From positions 1 to 58,217 of the IMG/VR virus record IMGVR_UViG_3300029825_000010: a DNA stretch of 58,217 nucleotides; one strand, written 5' to 3'. This document shows, one piece after another, positions 47,840-56,749 of the stretch (position 1 is its first letter; the number at the start of each line of letters is the position of its first letter). The notes beneath the pieces were generated by a model. It did no database searches, was not told the origin of the DNA, and was given only the letters and a program-made list of their open reading frames with translations. Made by a program: the position numbers and the translations under genes. Origin of the DNA: a virus. Taxonomy: Duplodnaviria > Caudoviricetes.

Positions 47840-48592
47840 TTAAGAATCCTCGAATAGATATTTTACACTTGTTGATTTTCCGCTCCCGCTCTTGCCACAG
47901 ACCAGAATTGGTGAGGGCATAAAGTCGGGGTTATTTTCCATATCATAGTAATTGTAAATAGCACCAAGCACCAGAGACATATCATTCTGAATATATCTCT
48001 CTGCAAACATGCCATCGGGCGATTTGGCGGTATTTCTGCCATCTGTATTTGTGCAGAATTGATAAGCCTCTGCGCCTTGTTTGAGTGGATTGAAGCGTGT
48101 ATGCAAAACAATGGTAAAGAAAGACTCTATCTTTCCTTCCAGCTTCTTGCCATCAACCTTGACGACTATTCTGTCAATCGAATCGCTGTCACGGACAATT
48201 TCATCAAGAGCGGTGAATACAATGAACCTGCCTTTGGATTGCCAAGTCATTAGCAACTGCTCGAGAATATCAGAATACTCCCGCCAGTAATCATAGCCTG
48301 TGATTTTGTTTTGTTTCAGGAAATCTGATAACAGGTATAGTATTCTGGTGAAAGAGTCAACGACCACAATCTTGATTGGATTGTAATAGTCTGCCTTATC
48401 CTGCTCATTGGCTTTGAAGTCAAGCAGTCCTGAGCCTGCCCTCATTACCGCTTCAAATTGCTTCCACGAGGATATTGTCTTAATCTTACATCTCGCTGCC
48501 TGTCGAAATGGCAGGGTTTTGCGCTCGGTGTCAATGAACAATATCTCGTCCAGGGGCGCAGTTATCTTTTTGCTTTCGGGATGGTATTTCGT
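47840..48592 (-). CDS. Sak4/AAA_24-like ATPase, circularly permuted; apparent ACG start at 48592
   Basis: FIDTERKTLPF, VVVDS, TAKSP.GMF, QND; ILVCGKSGSGKS at the extreme C-terminus; AAGGAGG before ACG. Confidence 0.75.
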   Translation of the reverse strand, partial: TKYHPESKKITAPLDEILFIDTERKTLPFRQAARCKIKTISSWKQFEAVMRAGSGLLDFKANEQDKADYYNPIKIVVVDSFTRILYLLSDFLKQNKITGYDYWREYSDILEQLLMTWQSKGRFIVFTALDEIVRDSDSIDRIVVKVDGKKLEGKIESFFTIVLHTRFNPLKQGAEAYQFCTNTDGRNTAKSPDGMFAERYIQNDMSLVLGAIYNYYDMENNPDFMPSPILVCGKSGSGKSTSVKYLFEDS

Positions 48593-49191
48593 AAAGCCTC
48601 CTTTTTGTTTTGAATTATAGCTTGTTTGAGAACATACATCATATCGCCAAAGCCGGTTGATACTCCCTTCTCATAATACAGGAAAGACTCGTTGCCATTC
48701 TGTATTGTTATAGTTTCGATGTCGTTAAAGCCTCGTGCCACAATCGTTAATGTATCGCCAATTTTAGCATTGACCACATCAAATAAATAGTTCTCCATTG
48801 CCACCGTGATTTCATTAACCGAAATCCATTCAAAGGTTAAATTTTGATAGAATTCCAGCATGGCAAACTTTAGACCGCTGTGATTGATGGCGTTTCTGTA
48901 ATCCTCTGGACAGAAGTGCCTGAATCCTCTAAACATGAAGTGCTCCATGTTGGTTTTCGTTAGGAACTCTTCCTTCGTGGCTTTGCTGATACCGAAAAGT
49001 TTGAGTATGTTTTCATAGATTGGCTTGCTCTTATTTTTTATGCAGAACAAAGCCATTTCATAAAAAAACGACGTTTGATTTGCAACAGTAAGGTTAATTG
49101 ATTCCTCTATCATCGCATTCCACTCGTCGTCATTAATGCCGGATGGACGTCTAACTAAAGAATCCATCTGGTTATGCCTTAGTAACGACAT
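48562..49191 (-). CDS. hypothetical protein
   Basis: GGAGG RBS; ORF. Confidence 0.6.
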   Translation of the reverse strand: MSLLRHNQMDSLVRRPSGINDDEWNAMIEESINLTVANQTSFFYEMALFCIKNKSKPIYENILKLFGISKATKEEFLTKTNMEHFMFRGFRHFCPEDYRNAINHSGLKFAMLEFYQNLTFEWISVNEITVAMENYLFDVVNAKIGDTLTIVARGFNDIETITIQNGNESFLYYEKGVSTGFGDMMYVLKQAIIQNKKEALRNTIPKAKR

Positions 49192-49192
49192 T

Positions 49193-49924
49193 TTACCTCC
49201 TTTTATACCTTACATCAAATATAGTTGCTTGGAGATTCATCTTTTTTGAGTATTGAAGATGAGTTTTTTTATGACATTCTTCGCATAGAGTTATACCATT
49301 TGAGGGCTCAAATCTAAGTCCCTCATCAACGCTAAAGGGAATGATGTGGTGTGCGTTCAGTTTTCCTCCTTTTTTGTGACATTTCTGACAGATATAATTA
49401 TCGCGTGCGAATATAGAATTTCTCCAATCTTTCATTTTACCACAATTCCTATCACGCATAAATGATTCTCTGTCTGGATTTATTTGTGATTTACTATAAC
49501 ATTCTTGACTACAATACCTTTTTCCATATAAATCATAGTGTTTTTTTCTTATCCTAATTACTTTTCCGCAAAACTCACAGTTTATTTCAACGTGTTCTGA
49601 TTTTTCATTACCGCTTTGTGCTATTGACCTACATTTTACGGAACAATAAAGACGATTGTTTAGTGACGGTTTTAAGTATTGTATCTTTCCGCAAACAAGA
49701 CATGTTACCATTTTTTTGCCATACTTTTTTCGGCACTCATCAGAACAAAATACCTTTCCAGTATATGATTTTATTGGTTTTTGACATTCCTTACAGAAAG
49801 ATTCTTTTGTTTTGTGAGATAATAGGTAACATTCTCTACTACAGAATTTAGAATCGCCTCTTAATATTCTTGATTTATATGCACTGAATTGCTTACCACA
49901 CGCCTTACATATAACTGTAGTCAT
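49193..49924 (-). CDS. HNH endonuclease with zinc-ribbon repeats, paralog of 38945 gene
   Basis: four CxxC..CS..C repeats; WRNSIFARDNYICQKC...LNAHHI...NGITLCEECH. Confidence 0.88.
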   Translation of the reverse strand: MTTVICKACGKQFSAYKSRILRGDSKFCSRECYLLSHKTKESFCKECQKPIKSYTGKVFCSDECRKKYGKKMVTCLVCGKIQYLKPSLNNRLYCSVKCRSIAQSGNEKSEHVEINCEFCGKVIRIRKKHYDLYGKRYCSQECYSKSQINPDRESFMRDRNCGKMKDWRNSIFARDNYICQKCHKKGGKLNAHHIIPFSVDEGLRFEPSNGITLCEECHKKTHLQYSKKMNLQATIFDVRYKRR

Positions 49925-49990
49925 CTATTTTACCTTCTTTTTTCTATTATCTATGCTGCCAAAATACGATATGCTATAATCCTGTCAAGG

Positions 49991-50503
49991 TTAATCTTCA
50001 TCATCATACGGTTTTCTTGGGGACGGTAAAGTGTTGTCGTTCATGGCTTTATCTATTGACACAAGCTGGTCAATAAACAGTCTGCACTCCAGCTCACAAA
50101 ACTCATGGGTCTGTGTGGTTTCATCATCATCAACGTGAGCGGTATCAAATCCCATTGCCCACTCAAAGATTGGGGCTGATTCGCCAAGAGGCATGAGCCT
50201 GTCACCGAAAGTCAGACTACCATGCACATCAAAAAACATCTCTGCGGGCAGTGGGAGTTTCTCTTGATTTAAGGCATATCCAAGGATTGCCATCTGGCCG
50301 CGCTTGCCAGAATAACCCTCCAGAACTCTTTTATTGTATGGCTCAAGTTCCGGAATTGGTTCACAATATGACTTACCAAATAAGTAATGCCCTCTTGGTA
50401 TTTCAACATATCCACAGACATGATGGTATCCAAATAGCATTTTGATTGTTATGTAGCGGTATCCCTTGTATTCCTTTATTTCGCTCTTTTCCATGTTGCT
50501 CAT
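49991..50503 (-). CDS. hypothetical protein with a phage-type motif set
   Basis: CGYV..P..H, VHGSLTF, GFDTAH..D. Confidence 0.65.
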   Translation of the reverse strand: MSNMEKSEIKEYKGYRYITIKMLFGYHHVCGYVEIPRGHYLFGKSYCEPIPELEPYNKRVLEGYSGKRGQMAILGYALNQEKLPLPAEMFFDVHGSLTFGDRLMPLGESAPIFEWAMGFDTAHVDDDETTQTHEFCELECRLFIDQLVSIDKAMNDNTLPSPRKPYDDED

Positions 50504-50955
50504 TCGTTCTCCTTTCTTTTGTATGCGTCTTTTTTCCCTGCGTCATCTGATACAGCGTCTCTAAGCTCCCTTAACTCTTTTATTTCTAAAGAAATAACTC
50601 CATTGTTAATGTTCTCGCAAACTTCCGCCAATACTCGCTGGTGCATATCGTTTGCAAGGTTGTCAACATTTGCCATATTTTCTTTTGTCATCAACAGTCC
50701 AGCCTGATAAGGCAATTCAAGCGAAACATCGGCGTCAATGTATTCACCATCTTGAGCTGCAACAAATGTCATTGTTTCATAGTGCCTGTGTGCACCTATT
50801 TCCGTAAGTTCACCTCGTATATACATACAGCCGACAGTGGATACAATTACAGAGATACCTTGTTCTTTATCTATAAGTAAAGTGTTTCTACGAAAACGAC
50901 ACTGGCTCGAGGCACAAAAATGTCCTGTCCAGCCACGCTCAATAATCTCAATCAT
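50500..50955 (-). CDS. hypothetical protein
   Basis: GWTGHF...C.FRRNTL, YETM.F; ATGA overlaps. Confidence 0.6.
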   Translation of the reverse strand: MIEIIERGWTGHFCASSQCRFRRNTLLIDKEQGISVIVSTVGCMYIRGELTEIGAHRHYETMTFVAAQDGEYIDADVSLELPYQAGLLMTKENMANVDNLANDMHQRVLAEVCENINNGVISLEIKELRELRDAVSDDAGKKDAYKRKENE

Positions 50956-51134
50956 TTCTTCTCCTTCATATTCTCTGATATTATTTTAAGTTCTACAAGC
51001 AGATACACCGCTATCGTTGCAATAGCAGAGCAAAAACAGAGTGCCATCTTGACATAGCTATTCTCTGCGAGCCAATAAACTCCTGCCATCATCGGTGTGA
51101 CAATAGTTATCATTTGTAATAATAGCCAGAACAT
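50952..51134 (-). CDS. two-TM small membrane protein
   Basis: AGGAG RBS; hydrophobic. Confidence 0.55.
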   Translation of the reverse strand: MFWLLLQMITIVTPMMAGVYWLAENSYVKMALCFCSAIATIAVYLLVELKIISENMKEKK

Positions 51135-51144
51135 AATTTACTCC

Positions 51145-51531
51145 TTAATGCCTTATATCGTTAAGAAGGTTTGCGCAGAATTGAACGATTGGGCTACCAT
51201 TCTTATCCTCAAGCATAGAATCAAGAATGTGCATAATCGGTTCTGCATCTTTATCATAAATGTTTAGAATACTCCTTGTAAGGCGCAACATGTCTTTTTC
51301 ATCATAGTGCTTGACCGTTCTCCTTACGCAGCTATTCCAGTTTCTCATAAAATCAATCAAGGATTCTGTGCTGAAAACCATGACAGACTCGTCTCTGTCG
51401 GTATCCAGCATTCCATTGAGTAGCCCAAGAATAACTCCTGGATTATCCCATCGCATGGACGTAACCGTCTTAACGAGGTCAAGTATTTCCATAAGCTCAG
51501 TCATTCTTACTTTTAATTCTTTTTCGGTCAT
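51145..51531 (-). CDS. hypothetical protein (start likely ATG 51531)
   Basis: AAGGAGG RBS. Confidence 0.55.
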   Translation of the reverse strand: MTEKELKVRMTELMEILDLVKTVTSMRWDNPGVILGLLNGMLDTDRDESVMVFSTESLIDFMRNWNSCVRRTVKHYDEKDMLRLTRSILNIYDKDAEPIMHILDSMLEDKNGSPIVQFCANLLNDIRH

Positions 51532-51637
51532 TTTTCCTCCTTCTGAATCCATTGTAATGGTTTTTTACCCATTAGGTTATGCCTGCCACAGTGTGGGCAT
51601 GTAAAATTAATCTTTTTCATATTTTACTCCTTAGTTA

Positions 51638-52006
51638 CTATTCACTTAACACCTGATACGATAAAGTATCCATAAGCATTGTTAGATTTGTTTCGCTTTT
51701 CTCTGTTATCTCAAAGCCTATAATGTCGCCACGCTTATCAAAAAAGCGAATTTTGCTGGCTTTCGTGGCATAATCGCATCTGGATATTCTGCCAAACTCA
51801 TAATCTCCTCTTATTTCTAACCTGTGTATCTCGAAATAAGTTCCAGTAACCTTGCAGATAGTTCCCGGAACACCAATGAGTTTATTCCTAATTTGACAAA
51901 GCTCAGCCAGTGAGTTATTCTCACTTTTCTTGACGCCTATGTGGGTGTGTTTAACAAGAGCAACCTTTCTGCCGAGCAGGGACTCAAGTTTTTGTCTCTT
52001 AGTCAT
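51638..52006 (-). CDS. hypothetical protein
   Basis: GAGG RBS. Confidence 0.55.
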   Translation of the reverse strand: MTKRQKLESLLGRKVALVKHTHIGVKKSENNSLAELCQIRNKLIGVPGTICKVTGTYFEIHRLEIRGDYEFGRISRCDYATKASKIRFFDKRGDIIGFEITEKSETNLTMLMDTLSYQVLSE

Positions 52007-52009
52007 AAT

Positions 52010-52417
52010 TCAGTCCTCTATTGGCAGGCAGATAATCGGGGGTTCGCCAATGCCAACTTTGAATAACATCTCACCGTCTGGCAGGTCGGTGTATTTGATG
52101 TCTTCTGAATATACAACCTCATCCTCATCATAATCAGGCGGCAATGGATACCCGAGACAATACAATGTGGCACGGTGATTCTCTATGCAAAGCTTCCAGA
52201 CTTGAGTATATTGTCTTTTCTCTTCAAACACCTTGCGAATCATCACAGCAATCTTGGCAACTAACCACGCACAATTAAACTTCTCCCGCAATTCCTTCAC
52301 GCCATCGGTAATCAAACACAAGCCCATGTTATAGTATTGACTCGTTCCCATTGGTGAGCCAAAACCTTCACAGAGATTCTTGGCATCGTTATTTTGTTCT
52401 ACAAAGTATTCTTTCAT
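52010..52417 (-). CDS. DUF6876-like protein (start likely ATG 52417)
   Basis: TDGV...AWL, I.YTDLP, CLP.E motifs. Confidence 0.55.
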   Translation of the reverse strand: MKEYFVEQNNDAKNLCEGFGSPMGTSQYYNMGLCLITDGVKELREKFNCAWLVAKIAVMIRKVFEEKRQYTQVWKLCIENHRATLYCLGYPLPPDYDEDEVVYSEDIKYTDLPDGEMLFKVGIGEPPIICLPIED

Positions 52418-52641
52418 GATTCTTCTCCTTCTAAAAACAGGCGGCATTTGATATAATATTCACAGAACTTTCTTGTGTCAAGCGGAATGACCCACTCACC
52501 AATTTCATTTCGTATCCCATTAATCCTGAGCATCACTGCATCATCTGGATACGATTGTACACACTCTTCTTTCCCATGGACACTGCCGTCAATGACCAGT
52601 ATCACGCCAATTCTCTCATCGATAAAGTATCTGTTACTCAT
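52414..52641 (-). CDS. hypothetical protein
   Basis: ATGA overlaps. Confidence 0.55.
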   Translation of the reverse strand: MSNRYFIDERIGVILVIDGSVHGKEECVQSYPDDAVMLRINGIRNEIGEWVIPLDTRKFCEYYIKCRLFLEGEES

Positions 52642-53006
52642 GATTTCTCTCCTTCATATTTGCAATTATCACAAACTGGAGCATAAGGATTATTCTTGCC
52701 CCACTTGATTAACTTTCCACATTTGATGCAACGCTTTCTACTGTATGCATAAATCCAGATATAGTTATATCCAGACTTTGAGTGCGGGTTTCCATCGGCA
52801 CCGATAATCTTTGCTGAAACGATTCCTTCTTGCTTCCTTATGTCCCTAAATCCCCAGTGAAAATCATGAGATTCCATTACGCCTATTTTTGTATTGGGGA
52901 AAAACTCCGCAAACGACAAGGCTTCCTGCAATCTCGCTGAACGGCAAACTGGGGTATCCTTTTTTATTCCGAGCATTTCTCGGAGTTTCTTCTCTCTTGC
53001 TTTCAT
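52638..53006 (-). CDS. hypothetical protein with C-terminal zinc ribbon
   Basis: CIKCG...CDNC; GGAGG RBS. Confidence 0.55.
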   Translation of the reverse strand: MKAREKKLREMLGIKKDTPVCRSARLQEALSFAEFFPNTKIGVMESHDFHWGFRDIRKQEGIVSAKIIGADGNPHSKSGYNYIWIYAYSRKRCIKCGKLIKWGKNNPYAPVCDNCKYEGEKS

Positions 53007-53173
53007 GATTCAACCTCCGCAACTTTCCTGATTTTCTTGACCACAGATACAAATTTCTTCGTATACTTGAAAGCCATTAAGATTTGATATTGGGCTGGTC
53101 TATACTCATCGACACAGCCGTTCTTCCAGAACACTCTATAGTAGGTGAGTTTCCGCTTTGTGATAGTTTTCAT
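53003..53173 (-). CDS. 56-aa basic ORF (MKTITKRKLTYY...)
   Basis: ATGA overlaps at both ends; below ORF-track cut-off. Confidence 0.5.
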   Translation of the reverse strand: MKTITKRKLTYYRVFWKNGCVDEYRPAQYQILMAFKYTKKFVSVVKKIRKVAEVES

Positions 53174-53643
53174 TGATTCCCCCAGTGGTATTCTCTAAGG
53201 GTCAAATCCACATCATCGTCTCGCAACCATGACTTGACTTCAGCATAATACGGAGCATCGGCAACCTGCTCAATGTGCCAGATGGCTTCGTGCACCTGTT
53301 TATCACTCCAGCCTCTCATGCCAAAGTGACTGTTGTCAATCTTTTTGAGAACAAACTTTATTCCGTCAACAAGAATGATGGTCTCTTTCTCTTTCATTAA
53401 TTCAGGTGCGGAATATCTACGAATGTCAACTCTTGTGGCATCATCGTTCATATTGATAGTATAAACCGGAATACCGAGTTTGTCGGCATGCTTAGCTTCA
53501 GACTCATTAAACCGGTCAAAGACAGCCATATCAGCATCCTCAACCGCATTAACAAACTCACAGCCACGAGTGACGGCAAGCCTCTCATACAAGTAGTCCT
53601 TGTAAGAAAAGCTGTATCGGCTACATAATAGATAGACTTTCAT
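53170..53643 (-). CDS. hypothetical protein
   Basis: GGAGG RBS. Confidence 0.6.
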   Translation of the reverse strand: MKVYLLCSRYSFSYKDYLYERLAVTRGCEFVNAVEDADMAVFDRFNESEAKHADKLGIPVYTINMNDDATRVDIRRYSAPELMKEKETIILVDGIKFVLKKIDNSHFGMRGWSDKQVHEAIWHIEQVADAPYYAEVKSWLRDDDVDLTLREYHWGNQ

Positions 53644-53806
53644 TATCTACCTCCTTTTTTATTTCGGTCAAGCATTATGCTTGCCAATGATAAACTGATA
53701 TTACTCAATCCATTATTGGTAGTCATACTTTCCCGAAGCAAGAGGCAAGCGAGGAAATCAACCTGCCTCTGCTCTCGGGTTTTTCTTGGGGGGATAGCTT
53801 GAATTA

Positions 53807-53844
53807 AAAAAAACAGTCCCTCGCACCTCTTAAATACGAGGGAC
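53807..53844 (-). terminator. rho-independent terminator within early region
   Basis: GTCCCTCG/CGAGGGAC stem followed by TG and T8. Confidence 0.7.
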
Positions 53845-53885
53845 ATTCACTGTGCCTTTGCTTCACTCTATGCTCTGGAAAACTA

Positions 53886-54284
53886 TCATGGAAGGTTAAA
53901 GAGCCATTCTATAACATCATCGGGAACCGGCTCAAATATCCAGCCACAACCATACTTATATCCACAGATTGGACATGGCTTGTCTAAATGTTCATCTCTA
54001 TTCCAGTTCATTGCTCGTTGGTGAGAACAGCCCATTCTCATATCATTAAGATGCCAGCGCTCCCAAATATCAAGGAATTTGCGGAACATCTCCTCAGTCC
54101 AGTCTGGATGTAATTGATAATTTTTGGAGTCAAGACTTTCAAGATACTCTTTAATCTGGCCATGCATGATTGGCGAAGTCCCGACAATAGATAATCTTGA
54201 TTCTTTGAAAGAAATAGAGACCTTGACACTGCGAAATATGTCATCAAGGCATTGGGTTTGTATTGGATAGACTATCTTTTTCAT
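53886..54284 (-). CDS. hypothetical protein with a phage-type motif set
   Basis: GQI, WERWHLNDM..G..HQ, CPICGYKYG..W..EP.P. Confidence 0.65.
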   Translation of the reverse strand: MKKIVYPIQTQCLDDIFRSVKVSISFKESRLSIVGTSPIMHGQIKEYLESLDSKNYQLHPDWTEEMFRKFLDIWERWHLNDMRMGCSHQRAMNWNRDEHLDKPCPICGYKYGCGWIFEPVPDDVIEWLFNLP

Positions 54285-54292
54285 ATCATCCT

Positions 54293-54487
54293 CTATATTA
54301 ACATATCAAGAAGATAGTCGGGCTCCAGACCAATGTCGCCATAAAGTATATCCTCCAAGTCCTCAAGCTCACAATCTTCATAATCCAATTCATCCCAAAT
54401 GCGAGCAGAGGTTTCACCGACTTGCTTCTCTGCTTCTTCCAGGGACAAACCGTCTCTTTCCATTAGAACTTTAATAATATCATTCAT
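54293..54487 (-). CDS. small acidic protein (start moved to ATG 54487)
   Basis: LMERDGLSLEEA...GLEPDYL; AAGGAG RBS. Confidence 0.65.
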   Translation of the reverse strand: MNDIIKVLMERDGLSLEEAEKQVGETSARIWDELDYEDCELEDLEDILYGDIGLEPDYLLDMLI

Positions 54488-54722
54488 GATAATCTCCTTT
54501 CTGAAATGGATGAACCAAGTCATAGCTCTCTGTTGCAAGCTCTATTGACATATCCCAGCGAGAGGCGATGTCACGGATAGCTTTCTCACGGTCAAGTCTA
54601 TCCTGCTTTCTCATCTCATTCTGGATTTTCCTTGCCTCATATAACTGAAAGCCATCAACTAAGTTTATCCCATACTCATGGGAGAGTTGTGTAACGATTT
54701 CTAATCGCTCTCTACTGCTCAT
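54480..54722 (-). CDS. hypothetical protein
   Basis: GGAGG RBS. Confidence 0.55.
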   Translation of the reverse strand: MSSRERLEIVTQLSHEYGINLVDGFQLYEARKIQNEMRKQDRLDREKAIRDIASRWDMSIELATESYDLVHPFQKGDYHE

Positions 54723-54966
54723 CTCTTCCTCCTACTGGGGTTATGAACACTTTTGGATTACCCTGTATCGATGAGTAGCCAATCATGTTAATTGGCTTAT
54801 CATATTTCATCAGGACTTCTACCATGTTCTTGCGGAGATAGTCCACAAAGAACATCTCTGCCTCGGCTGGCATTGATTGCCTTGCATCTGGATATCGACG
54901 CATAATCTCAGCCATAAAATCATCAAAGCGACTGGGGATACCGCCAACAATGAGACAAATATTCAT
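54712..54966 (-). CDS. hypothetical protein
   Basis: GGAGG RBS, ATGA overlap. Confidence 0.55.
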   Translation of the reverse strand: MNICLIVGGIPSRFDDFMAEIMRRYPDARQSMPAEAEMFFVDYLRKNMVEVLMKYDKPINMIGYSSIQGNPKVFITPVGGRDEQ

Positions 54967-55181
54967 TGAGACCTCCGCTTATATCTTTCAAAGGCTGCTC
55001 CGAGACAGGACATAGTCTCAAGAGCTGTCATGTTAAAATTGGCAAGCTCTGTGCCAATCTCCTGAAGAAACTTTTTCTCAGAATATTTCCAAATCGTCTT
55101 GGATGACTCGTCTTTGTCCATAATGTGAACAAGATAGTCCTCCACGAGATTCTCGAAGGATTGTAACTGCTTTAGGGTCAT
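54963..55181 (-). CDS. hypothetical protein (start moved to ATG 55181)
   Basis: GGAGG RBS. Confidence 0.55.
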   Translation of the reverse strand: MTLKQLQSFENLVEDYLVHIMDKDESSKTIWKYSEKKFLQEIGTELANFNMTALETMSCLGAAFERYKRRSQ

Positions 55182-55348
55182 GAATCCTCCCCAATGAGCA
55201 CACCACAGGCAACGAGAAGTATCACGGATAACACTCCACAAATTGAGGCCACAACCTCAAGATGAGATATGGCTGATAATGTCATTAGGATGCCAAATGT
55301 GCATCCGAAAAGAAATGTGAGCATGATTTTCAGTATCCGCATATTCAT
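55178..55348 (-). CDS. 56-aa two-TM membrane peptide
   Basis: AAGGAGGT RBS; ATGA overlap; below ORF-track cut-off. Confidence 0.55.
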   Translation of the reverse strand: MNMRILKIMLTFLFGCTFGILMTLSAISHLEVVASICGVLSVILLVACGVLIGEDS

Positions 55349-55532
55349 GGGACACCTCCTTGATTTTAGTCAGGCCATGAAGCCTGCTTATCATGCTCCC
55401 GTAACAGAAACATGATGAGAAGGCCATAGTGCATTATCCCAGAGCAAAGGGCAGCAGGAGGAGAGAGTTCCTGCCACCCTGCTCATGGGTGTTTTGTGGG
55501 GAGAAATTATCTAGTCAAGCCATGAAGCCTGT

Positions 55533-55745
55533 TTAGATAGTTTCAAGAGCTATCCGCTCATGGGAAGCATAAAATCTCAAATCTCCAAGCAGTCTTTTTT
55601 CCTGCATGGGAGAGTTACCATATTCATGGGATAATACGAGCCGACCATCACGAGAATAAAACTCGCAGATGGTTTTGAGGCTGTGGCGAATCACAATCAC
55701 GGAGTTCTTGCACTCCTGATTGATTTGACGAATAATTTCATCCAT
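55533..55745 (-). CDS. hypothetical early protein
   Basis: GGAGG RBS in repeated leader. Confidence 0.6.
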   Translation of the reverse strand: MDEIIRQINQECKNSVIVIRHSLKTICEFYSRDGRLVLSHEYGNSPMQEKRLLGDLRFYASHERIALETI

Positions 55746-55779
55746 GATATCCTCCCGGATGTTTTATTTTCTCAGCTAT

Positions 55780-55824
55780 GAAAGCTGGAAGCAATACCGA
55801 TATCTGATACTGTTTTCAGCCCTC
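55780..55824 (-). ncRNA. conserved intergenic RNA hairpin, copy 3
   Basis: GAGGGCTGAA...TCCAGCTTTC long stem. Confidence 0.5.
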
Positions 55825-55877
55825 AAAAAAGCCAGCCCACCCAAGAAATATGAGCGGGCTTGCAATTTGATTATCCT

Positions 55878-56294
55878 CTACCAAAAACGACACCAGCCGT
55901 CTTTGGATACAAGCACCATGACTTTGCCAGAGATGACCTCTGACATTGGAGCGTTTCTCATCGACCCGAAGCAATCGTCGTTCCAATAGGAGATTTTGGC
56001 ATTATCTCCAAGTAGTTTACGAAGGGCTGGGAGAGGGTTGAGCCCGAGTTCATAAGCCCCCGCAATCAGGGGCTGCAGGAGGTCAAAAACCTCATTCGCA
56101 TTGTAATCGACATCGCCATCAAAATAGATGATATCCTTGCAGAGGCAAGGGGGGTCGTCATAATCTGGTCTCCAGGTGAGACCGCAGATTGGGCATCCGC
56201 TGACGCCATCATCAATAACCTCATGAGTTGCGAATATTGCCTCATGTTCTTTTGTCGTCAATCCTCCACCAATTTTGTTATAAAATTTTACCAT
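55878..56294 (-). CDS. hypothetical early protein
   Basis: AGGAGG RBS; CPICG..PPCLC. Confidence 0.6.
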   Translation of the reverse strand: MVKFYNKIGGGLTTKEHEAIFATHEVIDDGVSGCPICGLTWRPDYDDPPCLCKDIIYFDGDVDYNANEVFDLLQPLIAGAYELGLNPLPALRKLLGDNAKISYWNDDCFGSMRNAPMSEVISGKVMVLVSKDGWCRFW

Positions 56295-56363
56295 TTTATC
56301 CTCCTATGAGAACGGGCTGATAAACCCTTCACCACTTGGCAGGCGAGCCAATCCCCAATTATC

Positions 56364-56415
56364 AAGAACTGGATTTGTCCCCGACAAGTTAATATCGAGG
56401 ACACATTCAGGTCTC
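56364..56415 (-). ncRNA. conserved intergenic RNA hairpin, copy 2
   Basis: GAGACCTGAA.TGTCCTCGA...TCGGGGACA.ATCCAGTTCTT. Confidence 0.6.
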
Positions 56416-56437
56416 ATTGATTCATGACGGCATCATC

Positions 56438-56716
56438 TTATTGGTTTCGTAGGATATATCTAATGGCGTTCCAGATGTGACCGTTATTTATATCGGTCTC
56501 TATTTGAGGGTATGAATCCTCCTCATAGTGGTTGTTATCAGTATGCACGAAATCAATGACCTTGCAATCATAATCCATATCCGACAGAGCATTAATCGCC
56601 TTGAAGGCGGCAGCTCTCGAGATACGGTAATCCGTTTGAGGGTGAAGAGGAATCCTGAACTCGGTTGTCACACCGTTCTTTGTTCCTTCGATTATGATAA
56701 GATTTGGCTTTTTCAT
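56438..56716 (-). CDS. hypothetical early protein
   Basis: AGGAGG RBS in repeated leader. Confidence 0.6.
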   Translation of the reverse strand: MKKPNLIIIEGTKNGVTTEFRIPLHPQTDYRISRAAAFKAINALSDMDYDCKVIDFVHTDNNHYEEDSYPQIETDINNGHIWNAIRYILRNQ

Positions 56717-56749
56717 GATATCCTCCTGGATACTTTTTTCTCAGTTCAT

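Noticed and set aside
48598-48610. -1 frameshift fusing the 48562 ORF to the ATPase at C AAA AAG
   Set aside because: Imperfect slippery site; the RBS plus ACG explanation is simpler, though not excluded
53643-53846. 67-aa ORF
   Set aside because: Starts inside a terminator and runs through long hairpins; no RBS
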